NCBI GenBank assembly: GCA_965238275.1
Contig: OZ250186.1
Span: 576,001-640,000, forward strand
DNA length: 64,000 bases
Origin: Nitrosopumilus sp.
GTDB lineage: Archaea; Thermoproteota; Nitrososphaeria; Nitrososphaerales; Nitrosopumilaceae
Reading direction: 5' to 3'
Under the pieces are notes generated by a model. That model ran no database searches. It was not told the origin of the DNA and saw only the letters and a list, made by a program, of their open reading frames with translations. Below, piece after piece: positions 40,535 through 50,569 of this stretch. Both the position numbers and the translations under genes were made by a program. How positions within the stretch are numbered: the stretch's first letter is position 1; every line of letters begins with the position of its first letter.

Positions 40535-40742
40535 GAAAAGGCCACAATCCCACGCGGATAGTTGTTAGTGTGTGCTTTTGTGTTTCCAGACAAGCCAATG
40601 TTTATTACATTGTAGATATACCAAATATTGCACCCGCGCTTGTTGCAAGGGAACAGGAATTTTTTGCACGCAGGAGCGTATTTTAATACCAAAATTACCT
40701 ATAAGATATTCCTTTTATTCTAAAAACGCCAATATAAGGTGA

Positions 40743-41657
40743 GTGATAATAGGGTATTTAGATAATTATGAAGGCAAGTGCGAAATTGATGCCTGCCAAA
40801 CCCAACCCACCATAACAGATTCTGAGAGAGGAGAGGTTGTGTGTGGGGGATGCGGGACCATCCTAGAGCAGAGTATGTCTGACATGTCGCATGAGGTGGG
40901 CGGTCACGGAGCAGACGAGTACATGAAACAGACAAGGACCGGACCCTCTTCATCACTGACGATGTACGACAGGGGGTTGTCAACGGTAATTGGCAGCAAC
41001 AAGGATTCTGCTGGAAACGTCCTGTCCAACGAGACAAAATACGAGTTTAGCAGGTTGCGGACATGGGATCAGAGAAGCAGGTCAAGAAGGACTGCCGCAC
41101 TGAGCAAGGCATTTACCCTGCTTCACGGAATGAAGACGAAGCTTGGAATCCCGGTCAATGTTGTGGAGTACTCAGCATACATCTACAGAAAGGCAGTCAG
41201 CGCAAAGCTTACCAGGGGAAGGACGATGGCATCGCTGGTTGCAGCGTCCCTGTATGCAGGATGCAGGGCCAACAACATTCCAAGAACGCTTGACGATATC
41301 GCAGATGCCGGGAACGTGGAGAGAAGGATACTTTCGCGGGATCTGAGAACCCTGATCAGGACGCTTGGTCTGAGCCTGAACCAGTATGACACAACGTCGT
41401 TTATCTCAAAGATTTCAAACAACATGAAACTCAAGGAGAAGACAAAGAGGGACGCATTTGATATACTCAAGCGGTGCGAGGAGGAACGGATCACGGCGGG
41501 AAAGCATCCCGTGGCACAGGCTGCAGCCTCGCTGTACATTTCATGTATTATGAACGGGGAAAAGATCAGTCAGAAAAAGTTTGCAACAGAGGCCGGGGTA
41601 AGTGACGTCACGATAAGAAACAGAATCATCCTTATCAAAAAAACGCTAAAGATCTAA
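40743..41657 (+). CDS. tfb: Transcription initiation factor IIB paralog
   Basis: GEVVCGGCG, DRGLST, RLRTWD, LTRGR, GKHPVAQAAASLY, SDVTIRNR. Confidence 0.93.
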   Translation: MIIGYLDNYEGKCEIDACQTQPTITDSERGEVVCGGCGTILEQSMSDMSHEVGGHGADEYMKQTRTGPSSSLTMYDRGLSTVIGSNKDSAGNVLSNETKYEFSRLRTWDQRSRSRRTAALSKAFTLLHGMKTKLGIPVNVVEYSAYIYRKAVSAKLTRGRTMASLVAASLYAGCRANNIPRTLDDIADAGNVERRILSRDLRTLIRTLGLSLNQYDTTSFISKISNNMKLKEKTKRDAFDILKRCEEERITAGKHPVAQAAASLYISCIMNGEKISQKKFATEAGVSDVTIRNRIILIKKTLKI

Positions 41658-41663
41658 AGGCCG

Positions 41664-41679
41664 ATGCCGGAAACGGCAT
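41664..41679. terminator. GNRA hairpin between convergent genes (possible terminator)
   Basis: ATGCCG-GAAA-CGGCAT. Confidence 0.3.
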
Positions 41680-41698
41680 GCAATTATGAGGGGGTGTA

Positions 41699-41917
41699 TC
41701 ATTTGTAAAAGCTGGGTTCCTGATTATTCTTTTGTTTCGGTAGATCATCCATAACTGCCTGGATCACCTCGTCGTGGTTGTATGTCAGGTGCCTGAGAAA
41801 TTTTGCCGACTCGCATGCACGGGTCTTATCATCACCGGACAATATCTTCGGGCTGCACAGTGCGGCCATCATAAAGTCGCATTGGGAGCACGGTTCAAAG
41901 TCAAGATAGAGCTTCAT
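41699..41917 (-). CDS. Small hypothetical protein (CxxC, HxxxxH)
   Basis: EPCSQC..LRHLTYNH. Confidence 0.6.
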   Translation of the reverse strand: MKLYLDFEPCSQCDFMMAALCSPKILSGDDKTRACESAKFLRHLTYNHDEVIQAVMDDLPKQKNNQEPSFYK

Positions 41918-42053
41918 TATACTGTATCAACATCCTCAGTATTTAGATTGTTGTATGATGCATCAGGGTGTACGGAGAACGCACTCTGTCGCCGGAAGGA
42001 GAATGTGTGTGACCCTTGGCAGGCGCGAGGGGTTATCGCATACTCCAGAATAT

Positions 42054-44186
42054 CTAGGATGCAACAGGTGCCACCTTTCTTCCGGGATCCACCGTGTACA
42101 CGGCATCCACCAGATCCTGTTGCGTAATCCGGATGTCTTTAATGCTCGGATGCCTGCCGCCTACATGTCTTCTCAGGGCTGCAATTGAGGCCCTGTTGGC
42201 CACTGCGGCAATCTCGGCCCCAGAGAATCCGTCTGTCAGATCCACAATGCCGGCAATGTCGGCATCGTCTGCAAGGGGCTTTTTCCGGGTGTGGATTTCA
42301 AGGATGTGGCGCCTTCCTTCGGCGTCAGGCGCAGGCACCCTGATTATCCTGTCAAACCGACCGGGCCTTAACAAGGCCTCGTCTATGATATCCAGCCGGT
42401 TTGTCGCACCCACCACCAACACATCGTGAAGCTCTTCAAGCCCGTCAATCTCGGTCAGAATCTGGGAGACTACGTTCTCTGTAACGTGTGAGCCGGAGCC
42501 GTCGCTTCCCCTTCGCGGAACAAGCGCATCGATCTCATCAAGAAAGACGATACATGGTGCTGCCTGCCGCGCCTTTCTAAAGATCTCCCGGACGCCTTTC
42601 TCAGACTCGCCAACCCATTTGGAGAGCAGTTCCGGACCCTTGATGCTGATAAAGTTGGACTCAGTCATGTGGGCAAGGGCCTTTGCAATCAGGGTCTTGC
42701 CTGTTCCAGGCGGGCCGTGCAGCAGTATTCCGTGCGGAGGCGCCGCATCAACATACTCAAAGGCCTCCTTGTACCTGACAGGCCACTCGACTGCCTCGCG
42801 CAGTTCATCCTTTAACTGATTCAGGCCCCCCACATCACCCCATGTCACATCCGGAATATGGGCCTGGACCTCCCGCAGGGCACTGGGGCCGATCTCCTTT
42901 AAAGCATCCTCAAAATCCTTGCCTGTGATCCGTATGTTCTGAAGAATCTCCGAGGAGACCTCGTCGTCGCCAAGATCAATTTCAGGAAGAATCCTGCGCA
43001 GGGATCTCATTGCGGCTTCCTTGGAGAGCATCTGCAAGTCGGCTCCCACAAACCCATGTGTGGTTCGGGAGAGGTGCTTAAAGTCCACGTCTTTGCCGAT
43101 TGGCATTCCGCGCGTGTGAATTGAGAGGATCTCCAGCCTTCCGTTTTCGTCTGGAATGCCGATCTCGATCTCCCGGTCAAATCTTCCCGGCCTCCTGAGT
43201 GCGGGATCTATTGAATCCGGCCTGTTGGTGGCAGCAATTACCACTACCTTCCCCCTGGACTTGATCCCATCCATCAATGTCAGAAGTTGGGAGACAATTC
43301 TCTTTTCAGTCTCGCCGGATACGTCGTCCCTCTTTGGCGCAATCGAGTCGATCTCATCAATGAAGATGATGCATGGGGAGTCTGCCTCAGCCTCTGCAAA
43401 GATCTTGCGAATTCTCTCCTCGCTCTCCCCATAGTGGCTTCCCATTATCTCAGGACCGCTAATCGAGATAAAACGGGCGTTGGTCTCCCCGGCCACTGCC
43501 TTTGCGATCAGGGTCTTGCCTGTCCCAGGCGGGCCGTAAAGAAGGACACCTTTCGGGGCATCCACGCCGATCTTCTTAAAGAGTTCAGGGTGTCTCATCG
43601 GCAGTTCGACTGTCTCTCGGATCTTCTGAACCTCGTTCTTCAACCCACCAAGTTCATCATATGTAATCCTGGGAACCGACGCATCCATGGTCTTGGTCAT
43701 TGTTCCAAGACGGAACACGGTATTTTCCGTAACAAGAACCGGTCTGGCAGGTCTTGTCCCGGTCACTATGAACTGTACACGGGCCCCCATCTTTGTATTC
43801 AGGGATACCGAGTCTCCCGTGGCAAACACGTGGTTGAGATAGTTGTAGGTCATAAACTCCTGCAGGCCCTCGACGGTAACCTTCTCTGTCGGGGACAGGA
43901 TGATCTGCTCGGCGTTGGCCGCCTCCACTGATCTCAGTGTGGCTTTGTCCCCTATCCCTGCGCCTAGGTTCTGTCTTGTAACACCGTCAATCTTGATGAT
44001 TCCCTCGCCGTACTCTTCGGGGGCTCCCGGCCAGAGCTTGACATGGGTCTTCCTGTTGCATGTCAGCTCCAAGATTTGACCGGTGCTCCACTTCTGCTCT
44101 TCAATGACCCGAGGATCAACGATTGCCCGCCCCCGTCCAACATGTTGCAGGGGAATCTCGCCTATCTTTAATGTGATTTCGTTCAT
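42054..44186 (-). CDS. cdc48: CDC48/VAT family AAA+ ATPase
   Basis: N-domain plus two AAA modules ([24 protein letters not shown]). Confidence 0.96.
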   Translation of the reverse strand: MNEITLKIGEIPLQHVGRGRAIVDPRVIEEQKWSTGQILELTCNRKTHVKLWPGAPEEYGEGIIKIDGVTRQNLGAGIGDKATLRSVEAANAEQIILSPTEKVTVEGLQEFMTYNYLNHVFATGDSVSLNTKMGARVQFIVTGTRPARPVLVTENTVFRLGTMTKTMDASVPRITYDELGGLKNEVQKIRETVELPMRHPELFKKIGVDAPKGVLLYGPPGTGKTLIAKAVAGETNARFISISGPEIMGSHYGESEERIRKIFAEAEADSPCIIFIDEIDSIAPKRDDVSGETEKRIVSQLLTLMDGIKSRGKVVVIAATNRPDSIDPALRRPGRFDREIEIGIPDENGRLEILSIHTRGMPIGKDVDFKHLSRTTHGFVGADLQMLSKEAAMRSLRRILPEIDLGDDEVSSEILQNIRITGKDFEDALKEIGPSALREVQAHIPDVTWGDVGGLNQLKDELREAVEWPVRYKEAFEYVDAAPPHGILLHGPPGTGKTLIAKALAHMTESNFISIKGPELLSKWVGESEKGVREIFRKARQAAPCIVFLDEIDALVPRRGSDGSGSHVTENVVSQILTEIDGLEELHDVLVVGATNRLDIIDEALLRPGRFDRIIRVPAPDAEGRRHILEIHTRKKPLADDADIAGIVDLTDGFSGAEIAAVANRASIAALRRHVGGRHPSIKDIRITQQDLVDAVYTVDPGRKVAPVAS

Positions 44187-44214
44187 ACCATTACCTCAAA
44201 AAAAGGGGGGGAGG

Positions 44215-44700
44215 TTATTCCACCTCCACCTTGGTGCCGGTTGGTTTTTCTGCAACCAACTCAAACACGAGCTGCAGGATCCCGTTCTTGTAAGAGGCCT
44301 TTGCAGAGTTCTCATCAATCCTGCGTTTTATGGGAACCCTAGCATGGTATCTCATCTTGTCGCGGGCAGCAGAGATGTCCACTACTTTGTTGTCGACTAC
44401 GATCTGGATGTCAGTCTTTTCAACCCCGGGTATCTCGGCAATGAGTTTCACCGTGTTGTTCTTCTCGTCAACGATCGTGTCCACGACTGGCTCCCTTGCA
44501 AGATCTTGGCCGGGTGCCTTTTGGTCTGTCCCGTACTCCTTTAGAACGGGTCTTCCGTTGGGGCCGATACTCAGGGTATAACCATACCAGTATGGCCCGG
44601 TTTCAGAGTTGCCTCTGTTTCCTTCAAAGATGTCATCCGTGTCAAAAAAGGATCCAGACATTCTTTTGAAGGCTCTGTTGATCTCATTGTCAAAGAACAC
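44215..44700 (-). CDS. hsp20: Small heat shock protein
   Basis: AEIPGVEK, AKASYKNGIL; SD-like AGGTGA at 44708-44713 on the minus strand. Confidence 0.92.
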   Translation of the reverse strand: MFFDNEINRAFKRMSGSFFDTDDIFEGNRGNSETGPYWYGYTLSIGPNGRPVLKEYGTDQKAPGQDLAREPVVDTIVDEKNNTVKLIAEIPGVEKTDIQIVVDNKVVDISAARDKMRYHARVPIKRRIDENSAKASYKNGILQLVFELVAEKPTGTKVEVE

Positions 44701-44716
44701 GTCATATTCACCTATC

Positions 44717-44746
44717 TAATGTAATATACATTACATTATATAATGT
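44717..44746. promoter_or_regulatory. Palindromic operator candidate overlapping the hsp20 promoter
   Basis: TAATGTAAT-ATAC-ATTACATTA (44717-44738) overlaps ACATTATATAATGT (44733-44746), which contains a TATA box. Confidence 0.6.
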
Positions 44747-44860
44747 TTACTATGTTATATGGTAATATTTAACAGTACATAATTTTATTTATAAACAAAT
44801 GAAGAATCGGAGTAATTAATTACACAAACTAGTTATAAATGACATGGTGAAATAACCGTC

Positions 44861-45517
44861 ATGAGGACATCGGTGCCCGATGCAGTAAGGGGGATCATTA
44901 CCAGAAACCGCTCCATTTACGACTGCATGAGGATGGATCTGATAAACTACACGGCCCTTGCAGCAAGGATACGGCCCGAGGTTGAGAGGATCCTAGGAAA
45001 CGCAGTAAACCTCAACACCGTGGTGGTTGCAATCAAGAGATACGCAGACTCTTTTGACCTCAGAGAAGGGGTGGAAGATGAACCGGTTCTAAAGAATGCG
45101 CGACTGGTCCTGACAGGCGGAATCATGGATGTCAGGTTCTCAGCAAAGGAATCAGACGGGATGGATCCGGCTGACATACTAGACAAGTTCTCCAAGGTGA
45201 CTAGCAATTATGAGTTCTTCAGGGTGAGCGACTCTTTCCGGTTTCTTGCCGAGGACATGGATGATGTCAGGCAGATCTTTGAGAGTGTATCGGAAACCAA
45301 GGATATGTTCAATACCGGTCTTGTAAAGATCAGGATCATGATTCCAGATGCCAGAAACCAGTCAGGTGCAGTCTCGTATGTTGCCGAGGTGTTGCATAGA
45401 AACGGAATCGAGCTTGTAAATGCATTCTTCAGTCAGGACAGCATCACGGTCATCCTGAGGGAGAGGGACGCGCCAAGGGCATATGACATACTGCATTCAG
45501 ACATCACGGGCAACTGA
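44861..45517 (+). CDS. ACT-domain protein with possible N-terminal HTH
   Basis: INYTALAARI..VVAIKRYA; C-terminal ACT-like LHRNGIELVNAFFS. Confidence 0.75.
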   Translation: MRTSVPDAVRGIITRNRSIYDCMRMDLINYTALAARIRPEVERILGNAVNLNTVVVAIKRYADSFDLREGVEDEPVLKNARLVLTGGIMDVRFSAKESDGMDPADILDKFSKVTSNYEFFRVSDSFRFLAEDMDDVRQIFESVSETKDMFNTGLVKIRIMIPDARNQSGAVSYVAEVLHRNGIELVNAFFSQDSITVILRERDAPRAYDILHSDITGN

Positions 45518-45530
45518 CAGTATTATATTT

Positions 45531-46898
45531 ATGGCATATGCCAATAGAAAATCGAGATTGGTTAAAAAGAAGAACATGGTTGTGGTAGGAGGCGGTTTTG
45601 CAGGTGTAAAATGCGCCAAGCAGTTGGAATCCGAGTTTGGAGACGATCCGGAGATCAACCTGATAATGATAAGCGAGGACAACTATCTGCTGTTTACGCC
45701 GATGCTGCCCCAGGTGGCGTCAGGGGCAATCGAGACGAGGCACATTGTCACGCCCATCAGAGCCATATGCAAGAAGACAAAGTTCTACGAGGGAAGGATC
45801 AAGAGTATCGACCCCTATGGAAAGAGGGTTACGTTGTGGGGGACTGTCAACAGGAGAAGCGTATCAATCCATTATGATTTTTTGGTGCTTGCCCTGGGCA
45901 GCGAGACCAATTTTTTCGGGATGACAGATGTGGAAAAGAATGCATTCAGCATGAGAACGCTGAATGACGCAGTCTTGCTGAGGAACAGGGCAATCGACAT
46001 GCTTGAACAGGCAGAGAACGAGACGAACCCAATCCTTCGAAAGGGTTTTTTGCATTTTGTCATTGTGGGCGCCGGTTTTGCAGGAATAGAGACGGCAGGC
46101 GAGCTCATGGGGCTCCTACGGGATGCAAGAAAGCATTATCCAACAATCCACAAAGAGTATCTCAAGGTAACGGTGGTGGAGGTGGCCTCTGCCATACTGC
46201 CGGAATTCGACCAAAAACTGGCCCAATACGCAAAGGAGAAGCTCATAGAGGGTGGAATTGACATAAGGCTGAACACGGCCGTGACCAGTTTTGATGGAAA
46301 CGAGGTCACGTTGAAGCCCGCAAAGACAGACGACGAGGATGACATGGAGGGAATCATAACAAAGACTATGATCTGGACTGCAGGGGTGACGCCGGTAAAC
46401 ACAATCAAGAGATCGATGTTCAAGACCGAGAGGGGAAAGATCGTAGTTGACGACTATCTGGAGGCAGAGGGGTTTCCAGGAGTCTTTGCGATTGGGGACT
46501 GCGCCGGATTTACAGACCCGAATACAAAAAGACATCTCCCACCCACCGCGCAGGTTGCAGAATCCCAAGCAAAGACTGCAGCAAAGAACCTAAAGGCCAT
46601 AATTAAAAACACCCAAAAGGAAAAATTTGTCTTCAGGAACAGGGGGCAGATGGCAATAATTGGAAAGCGGTCCGGCATCGCCCGTATTAAAGGAATGAAT
46701 TTTACAGGTTTTCTGGCATGGGTCATATGGAATAATGTGTACCTGGCAAAGGTCGCTACCGTGGACAAGAGGGCCAGAATAGCCATCGACTGGGTGGTGG
46801 ATCTAATCTTTGACAGAGATGTGGCCCAACTCAAACTGATGAAGCGTGATGTAGAAAAAGAGTACAGGGCCGTCGATGATGTAGATGATGTCTGGTAG
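45531..46898 (+). CDS. Type II NADH dehydrogenase-like flavoprotein
   Basis: VVVGGGFAG, FTPMLP, IVGAGFAGIETAGE, WTAG, FAIGDCA, PPTAQVA. Confidence 0.9.
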   Translation: MAYANRKSRLVKKKNMVVVGGGFAGVKCAKQLESEFGDDPEINLIMISEDNYLLFTPMLPQVASGAIETRHIVTPIRAICKKTKFYEGRIKSIDPYGKRVTLWGTVNRRSVSIHYDFLVLALGSETNFFGMTDVEKNAFSMRTLNDAVLLRNRAIDMLEQAENETNPILRKGFLHFVIVGAGFAGIETAGELMGLLRDARKHYPTIHKEYLKVTVVEVASAILPEFDQKLAQYAKEKLIEGGIDIRLNTAVTSFDGNEVTLKPAKTDDEDDMEGIITKTMIWTAGVTPVNTIKRSMFKTERGKIVVDDYLEAEGFPGVFAIGDCAGFTDPNTKRHLPPTAQVAESQAKTAAKNLKAIIKNTQKEKFVFRNRGQMAIIGKRSGIARIKGMNFTGFLAWVIWNNVYLAKVATVDKRARIAIDWVVDLIFDRDVAQLKLMKRDVEKEYRAVDDVDDVW

Positions 46899-46919
46899 TA
46901 CAGGTTCGTTATAGTGCAG

Positions 46920-48515
46920 TCACAGTCTGGCGTTCTGGCCGGATGGCAGAATGCGCAGGCGGGGGGCTTTCTTCAGGCCGTATATGAGGGCTACGGGTGC
47001 TGCAACATACATGCCCACGTTTAACAGGATTACACCAATTCCATACCCTATCATCTCTGCCTCCGAGTCAATGCCGGCATGGTTGAGAAGCGACAGTGTT
47101 GTGAGGAGTGGGGTAATTGCCAGCCTGACGGTCTCTTTGAATACGGGGTTCTGACGCTCCATGTCAGCTATTGCAGGCGAGAATGAATAGTACAGTTGGT
47201 TGAATCCCGTCATGAACGCAGAACCGGATGCCGTTGCAAGCACCGTGCTGTCGCGCAGCTCACGCAGCTGTTGAATTTGGGGTGCAAACTCAGAACCAAT
47301 CGCTGCAGTTGCAATCAGACACCCGCCGCTGTCTCCATATACATTAGGTGGGGCGCTGCCATCAAACCCGGGCCGATCCTCTTCTGGGATGGGCGACTCG
47401 GAGAGGATCTCAAAGGAGTCCAAGGTTTCTTGGAATGCCGGAAGCTGTGAATCAAAATCGTCTATCCCGTTGACATAGGTAATGGTATAGATGTTGTCGG
47501 CACCATAAACTACAACCTCCTGGAATCTTATGTTGATTTCCGCACCGCCAGCCGTGGATGCGCCGTCGGCGACAGTAACGTATGCATAATGGTCGTTAAG
47601 GGTAAGAACCTCCTGCGAGACGGTGTCTATTATTCCCGCAGCCGCGATCTCATCAATCCGTAAAGAGGTCTCAGTAAAGATGTCGTCGGTGGTCCTCTGG
47701 TTGGTGTCCTCTATTATTATGGAGATGAAAGGGTTCGCAGCACCGGTCTTGGGTCCCACTGCGACTACGTTGGGGACGCCCTCGCCTGCGTTTGGAGGCT
47801 CCTGCAGCAACCAGCCGCCGGGCGCGTTGAAGGCAAACTGGTGTTCTTGGCTTTCAAATCTCTGACTGCCCGATGTTGGAGTCGTGGAGGGAACAGGGGA
47901 GGAGTCTGTGCGTTCGGGTTCTGGCAGTTCAAGAAGATCCCAGACATCAGAACGATCCACTATGCCTATTTTTATTATTCTTACCTGTTCCGGATCTAGT
48001 GGGGCGTCCCTGTTTCCGGTGGGGGCAGCGGCAATAAGATCCAGAGTCTCGAAGCTTTCCTCGGTTACAATCCTTCCAAACACAGTATATTGTTTATCAA
48101 GAAAGGCAGAGTCTTGGTGAACTATGAAGAATTGGGAACCTGCGCTGTTAGGATCAGCTGCCCTTGCCATGGACACGATTCCGCGGTTGTGTTTTATGGT
48201 GTTAAACTCGGCATCCACACTGTGCGGCGGGTCTCTCTGCCCCCAAGTTGAAGAATCGCCGCTGATTGTGTTGGGATCCCCTCCCTGAATCATAAAGCCA
48301 GGAATTATTCGATGAAAGACGGTTTCGTCATAGAATCCCGCCTTGGCCAGTTCTACAAAATTCTCAACGTGGTTTGGTGCGTCATCCGGAAAGAACTCCA
48401 GGGTTATGTCCCCAAGATCGGTCTCAATGACGGCCAGCGTTTCGGACTGTGCATATGCCTGAATGCCAGACAGTGTGAGAAGGAGTGGCACGATAAACAA
48501 CAATAATTTATTCAA
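46920..48515 (-). CDS. Secreted cyclophilin-type peptidyl-prolyl isomerase with CFI-box-CTERM anchor
   Basis: FHRIIPGFMIQGGD, SMAR, SQFFI, YTVFG; C-terminal GGCLIATAA..LRELRD plus TM helix; probable TTG start at 48515. Confidence 0.92.
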   Translation of the reverse strand: MNKLLLFIVPLLLTLSGIQAYAQSETLAVIETDLGDITLEFFPDDAPNHVENFVELAKAGFYDETVFHRIIPGFMIQGGDPNTISGDSSTWGQRDPPHSVDAEFNTIKHNRGIVSMARAADPNSAGSQFFIVHQDSAFLDKQYTVFGRIVTEESFETLDLIAAAPTGNRDAPLDPEQVRIIKIGIVDRSDVWDLLELPEPERTDSSPVPSTTPTSGSQRFESQEHQFAFNAPGGWLLQEPPNAGEGVPNVVAVGPKTGAANPFISIIIEDTNQRTTDDIFTETSLRIDEIAAAGIIDTVSQEVLTLNDHYAYVTVADGASTAGGAEINIRFQEVVVYGADNIYTITYVNGIDDFDSQLPAFQETLDSFEILSESPIPEEDRPGFDGSAPPNVYGDSGGCLIATAAIGSEFAPQIQQLRELRDSTVLATASGSAFMTGFNQLYYSFSPAIADMERQNPVFKETVRLAITPLLTTLSLLNHAGIDSEAEMIGYGIGVILLNVGMYVAAPVALIYGLKKAPRLRILPSGQNARL

Positions 48516-48618
48516 TGGTGTTATCGCACAATTCTTACTTAAAAGTTGTAACAGCTGACGCATGTTCCTGCAACCACACAAGCCAATAGTATTTAACAAA
48601 GACGCCTGAATCAGCAGT

Positions 48619-49110
48619 ATGCACCCAGACGAGAGGATTCAGGCGCATTTGGTCTCGGTTTGGAGGGAATCAAAAAAATTCCTTTCGATTGGAGGCAGGG
48701 AAGGGATGCTGGTACTCACAGACAGGCATCTGATGTTTGTTCATAAAACGGAGGCAAAGATAAACTGGTGGAAGGCCATAACCCAGAGGCAGGTGATTAA
48801 TTTTATCAGATCAAGAAATACGATGATCCGGCACGACGGTTATGATGAGGAAGAGTTGATGGACGATCTTGAAAATGAGAAGAATGTGGAGGTTGCCTTT
48901 GATGACATATCTGCCATAGAGTACGAGGAGAGGGTTTGGGGCAGCGTGCTGCAGTTTGAGTATGAAAAGGACGGAAAACGTGAGAGCCACCAATACACCA
49001 TAGCCCAAGACTGGGTAAAGTACCCGGCCAAGGAGCCCACAAAGTACATGAAGGTGGACTGGGAGCCCTTTGTACAATATATTAAGGAACGGCAGAGGTC
49101 TACAAGATAA
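48619..49110 (+). CDS. Hypothetical protein (PH-like)
   Basis: GMLVLTDRHLMF motif. Confidence 0.7.
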   Translation: MHPDERIQAHLVSVWRESKKFLSIGGREGMLVLTDRHLMFVHKTEAKINWWKAITQRQVINFIRSRNTMIRHDGYDEEELMDDLENEKNVEVAFDDISAIEYEERVWGSVLQFEYEKDGKRESHQYTIAQDWVKYPAKEPTKYMKVDWEPFVQYIKERQRSTR

Positions 49111-49112
49111 GA

Positions 49113-49832
49113 TTGGGAAGGGTGTTTGCCGTCGGCGTCGGTCCTGGTTCTCCAATGTATGTAACCGGGGTCGTAAGGGATATCGTGTTGAAGTGTGATG
49201 TGGTGGTTGGCTACAGATACACGCTGAGGACCATAGAGGATCTGCTTCGTGGAAAGGAGGTTCATGAGATTACCATGGGAAACCAAGAGGAGGTGTATCA
49301 TGGTGTTCTGCAGGAGCTTGGCGATAAGGTGTTGGTGGTTCCATTTACAGGAGATGTGAATTTTTCAGAGTCAGAGGTGGTCGACAGGCTGGTGGAGATC
49401 TTTGGTGCGGTGGAGATCGTCCCGGGTATTAGTTCAATCCAGGTTGCAGCTTCCAGGGCGCAGGTTCCCCTTGACAAGTCCAGGGTAATCACGATGCATG
49501 TAACTGCCCCGATCGAAGACAAGAAGGCTGAGATGAAGGAGGCGTTAGGTAGAGGCCTTAATGTTATTGTGGTTCCAAGGCCGTGGCCCAGACAGCCTGA
49601 CAAACATTTCATGCCCTCGGAGATAGCCAGATATCTCAGGGAGTCAGGCTTTGACACCGGAAGAATGACGGTGCATGTCTATGAGGCATTGACTACCCCC
49701 GATGAGACCAGTTTTAGTGGGATGGTGAGGGAGTTGGAGGGGAGGGAATTTTCAGATATGTCTATAATGGTATTCAGCCAGACAAAACCCGACTCGTATA
49801 TCAATTACAGGTGGCAGTGGGAGGGTCAGTGA
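49113..49832 (+). CDS. cbiE: Cobalt-precorrin C5-methyltransferase CbiE-like
   Basis: AVGVGPG, TGD, PGISSIQVAAS, EALT..E. Confidence 0.82.
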   Translation: MGRVFAVGVGPGSPMYVTGVVRDIVLKCDVVVGYRYTLRTIEDLLRGKEVHEITMGNQEEVYHGVLQELGDKVLVVPFTGDVNFSESEVVDRLVEIFGAVEIVPGISSIQVAASRAQVPLDKSRVITMHVTAPIEDKKAEMKEALGRGLNVIVVPRPWPRQPDKHFMPSEIARYLRESGFDTGRMTVHVYEALTTPDETSFSGMVRELEGREFSDMSIMVFSQTKPDSYINYRWQWEGQ

Positions 49833-49876
49833 TCCAGGTATGCCCAAAGCGTGGTGTTGTGTGCCGGCAGTCATGA

Positions 49877-50413
49877 TCAGTACAGTGGGGCATGAAGGCC
49901 GTCCTCTGCAATCAGGGTTATCAGGGCGTATTCGATGTATGCTCCTGCCAGAAGCAGTCCCAAGGCAGCCCCAATCTCCATCAATGTCGGTTTGAGGTGT
50001 TTGGAAAGGTCGGTTCTTTTAACAATCGCCCGTATTAGAATAAAGCTTCTGGATACTCCAAGGGTGTATGCAACCATCTCCATCAGTCCAAACGGGGTAA
50101 GAAACAGTATGGACAGCGGGGAGACTCCTGCAAGTTGGGGGGTTGTGGAGGCGATTGCCGCAAAAGCAAATCCGGTGGACCAGGCAGAGAACATTCCCCA
50201 CCCCACCCCAAACCCGGGAATAAACATGGGCAGGGCTATGGTTGCGTTGTGCTGGAAGATGCCAAACGCATCAATGCCCTCAACAAGATCCTTAAATTCA
50301 CTCATGAACATGTCTGCCTCCTCTGGACTTACCACAGTCATTGAGCCGATCTGATATATGGCGACAAAGGCTCCAAGAGATGCAAAAAATACAATTATCC
50401 TAGTACCGTCCAT
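49877..50413 (-). CDS. SpoIIM-family membrane protein
   Basis: IFQHN, PFGLME, LLAGAYIE. Confidence 0.8.
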   Translation of the reverse strand: MDGTRIIVFFASLGAFVAIYQIGSMTVVSPEEADMFMSEFKDLVEGIDAFGIFQHNATIALPMFIPGFGVGWGMFSAWSTGFAFAAIASTTPQLAGVSPLSILFLTPFGLMEMVAYTLGVSRSFILIRAIVKRTDLSKHLKPTLMEIGAALGLLLAGAYIEYALITLIAEDGLHAPLY

Positions 50414-50569
50414 GCTGGTCTGGTTTTGCGATGGTATTTGAGGGTTGAGGGGTGTTGGTGTGGGGCCATGTGTGTGGGGTTTTCCTGTTTGGTTGGTGTT
50501 TTTTCATCCTTCCGGCAAACATCAGTGTTGTGGGTGCGGCTCTGCATGCAGATTTAATTAAACCAGAAT

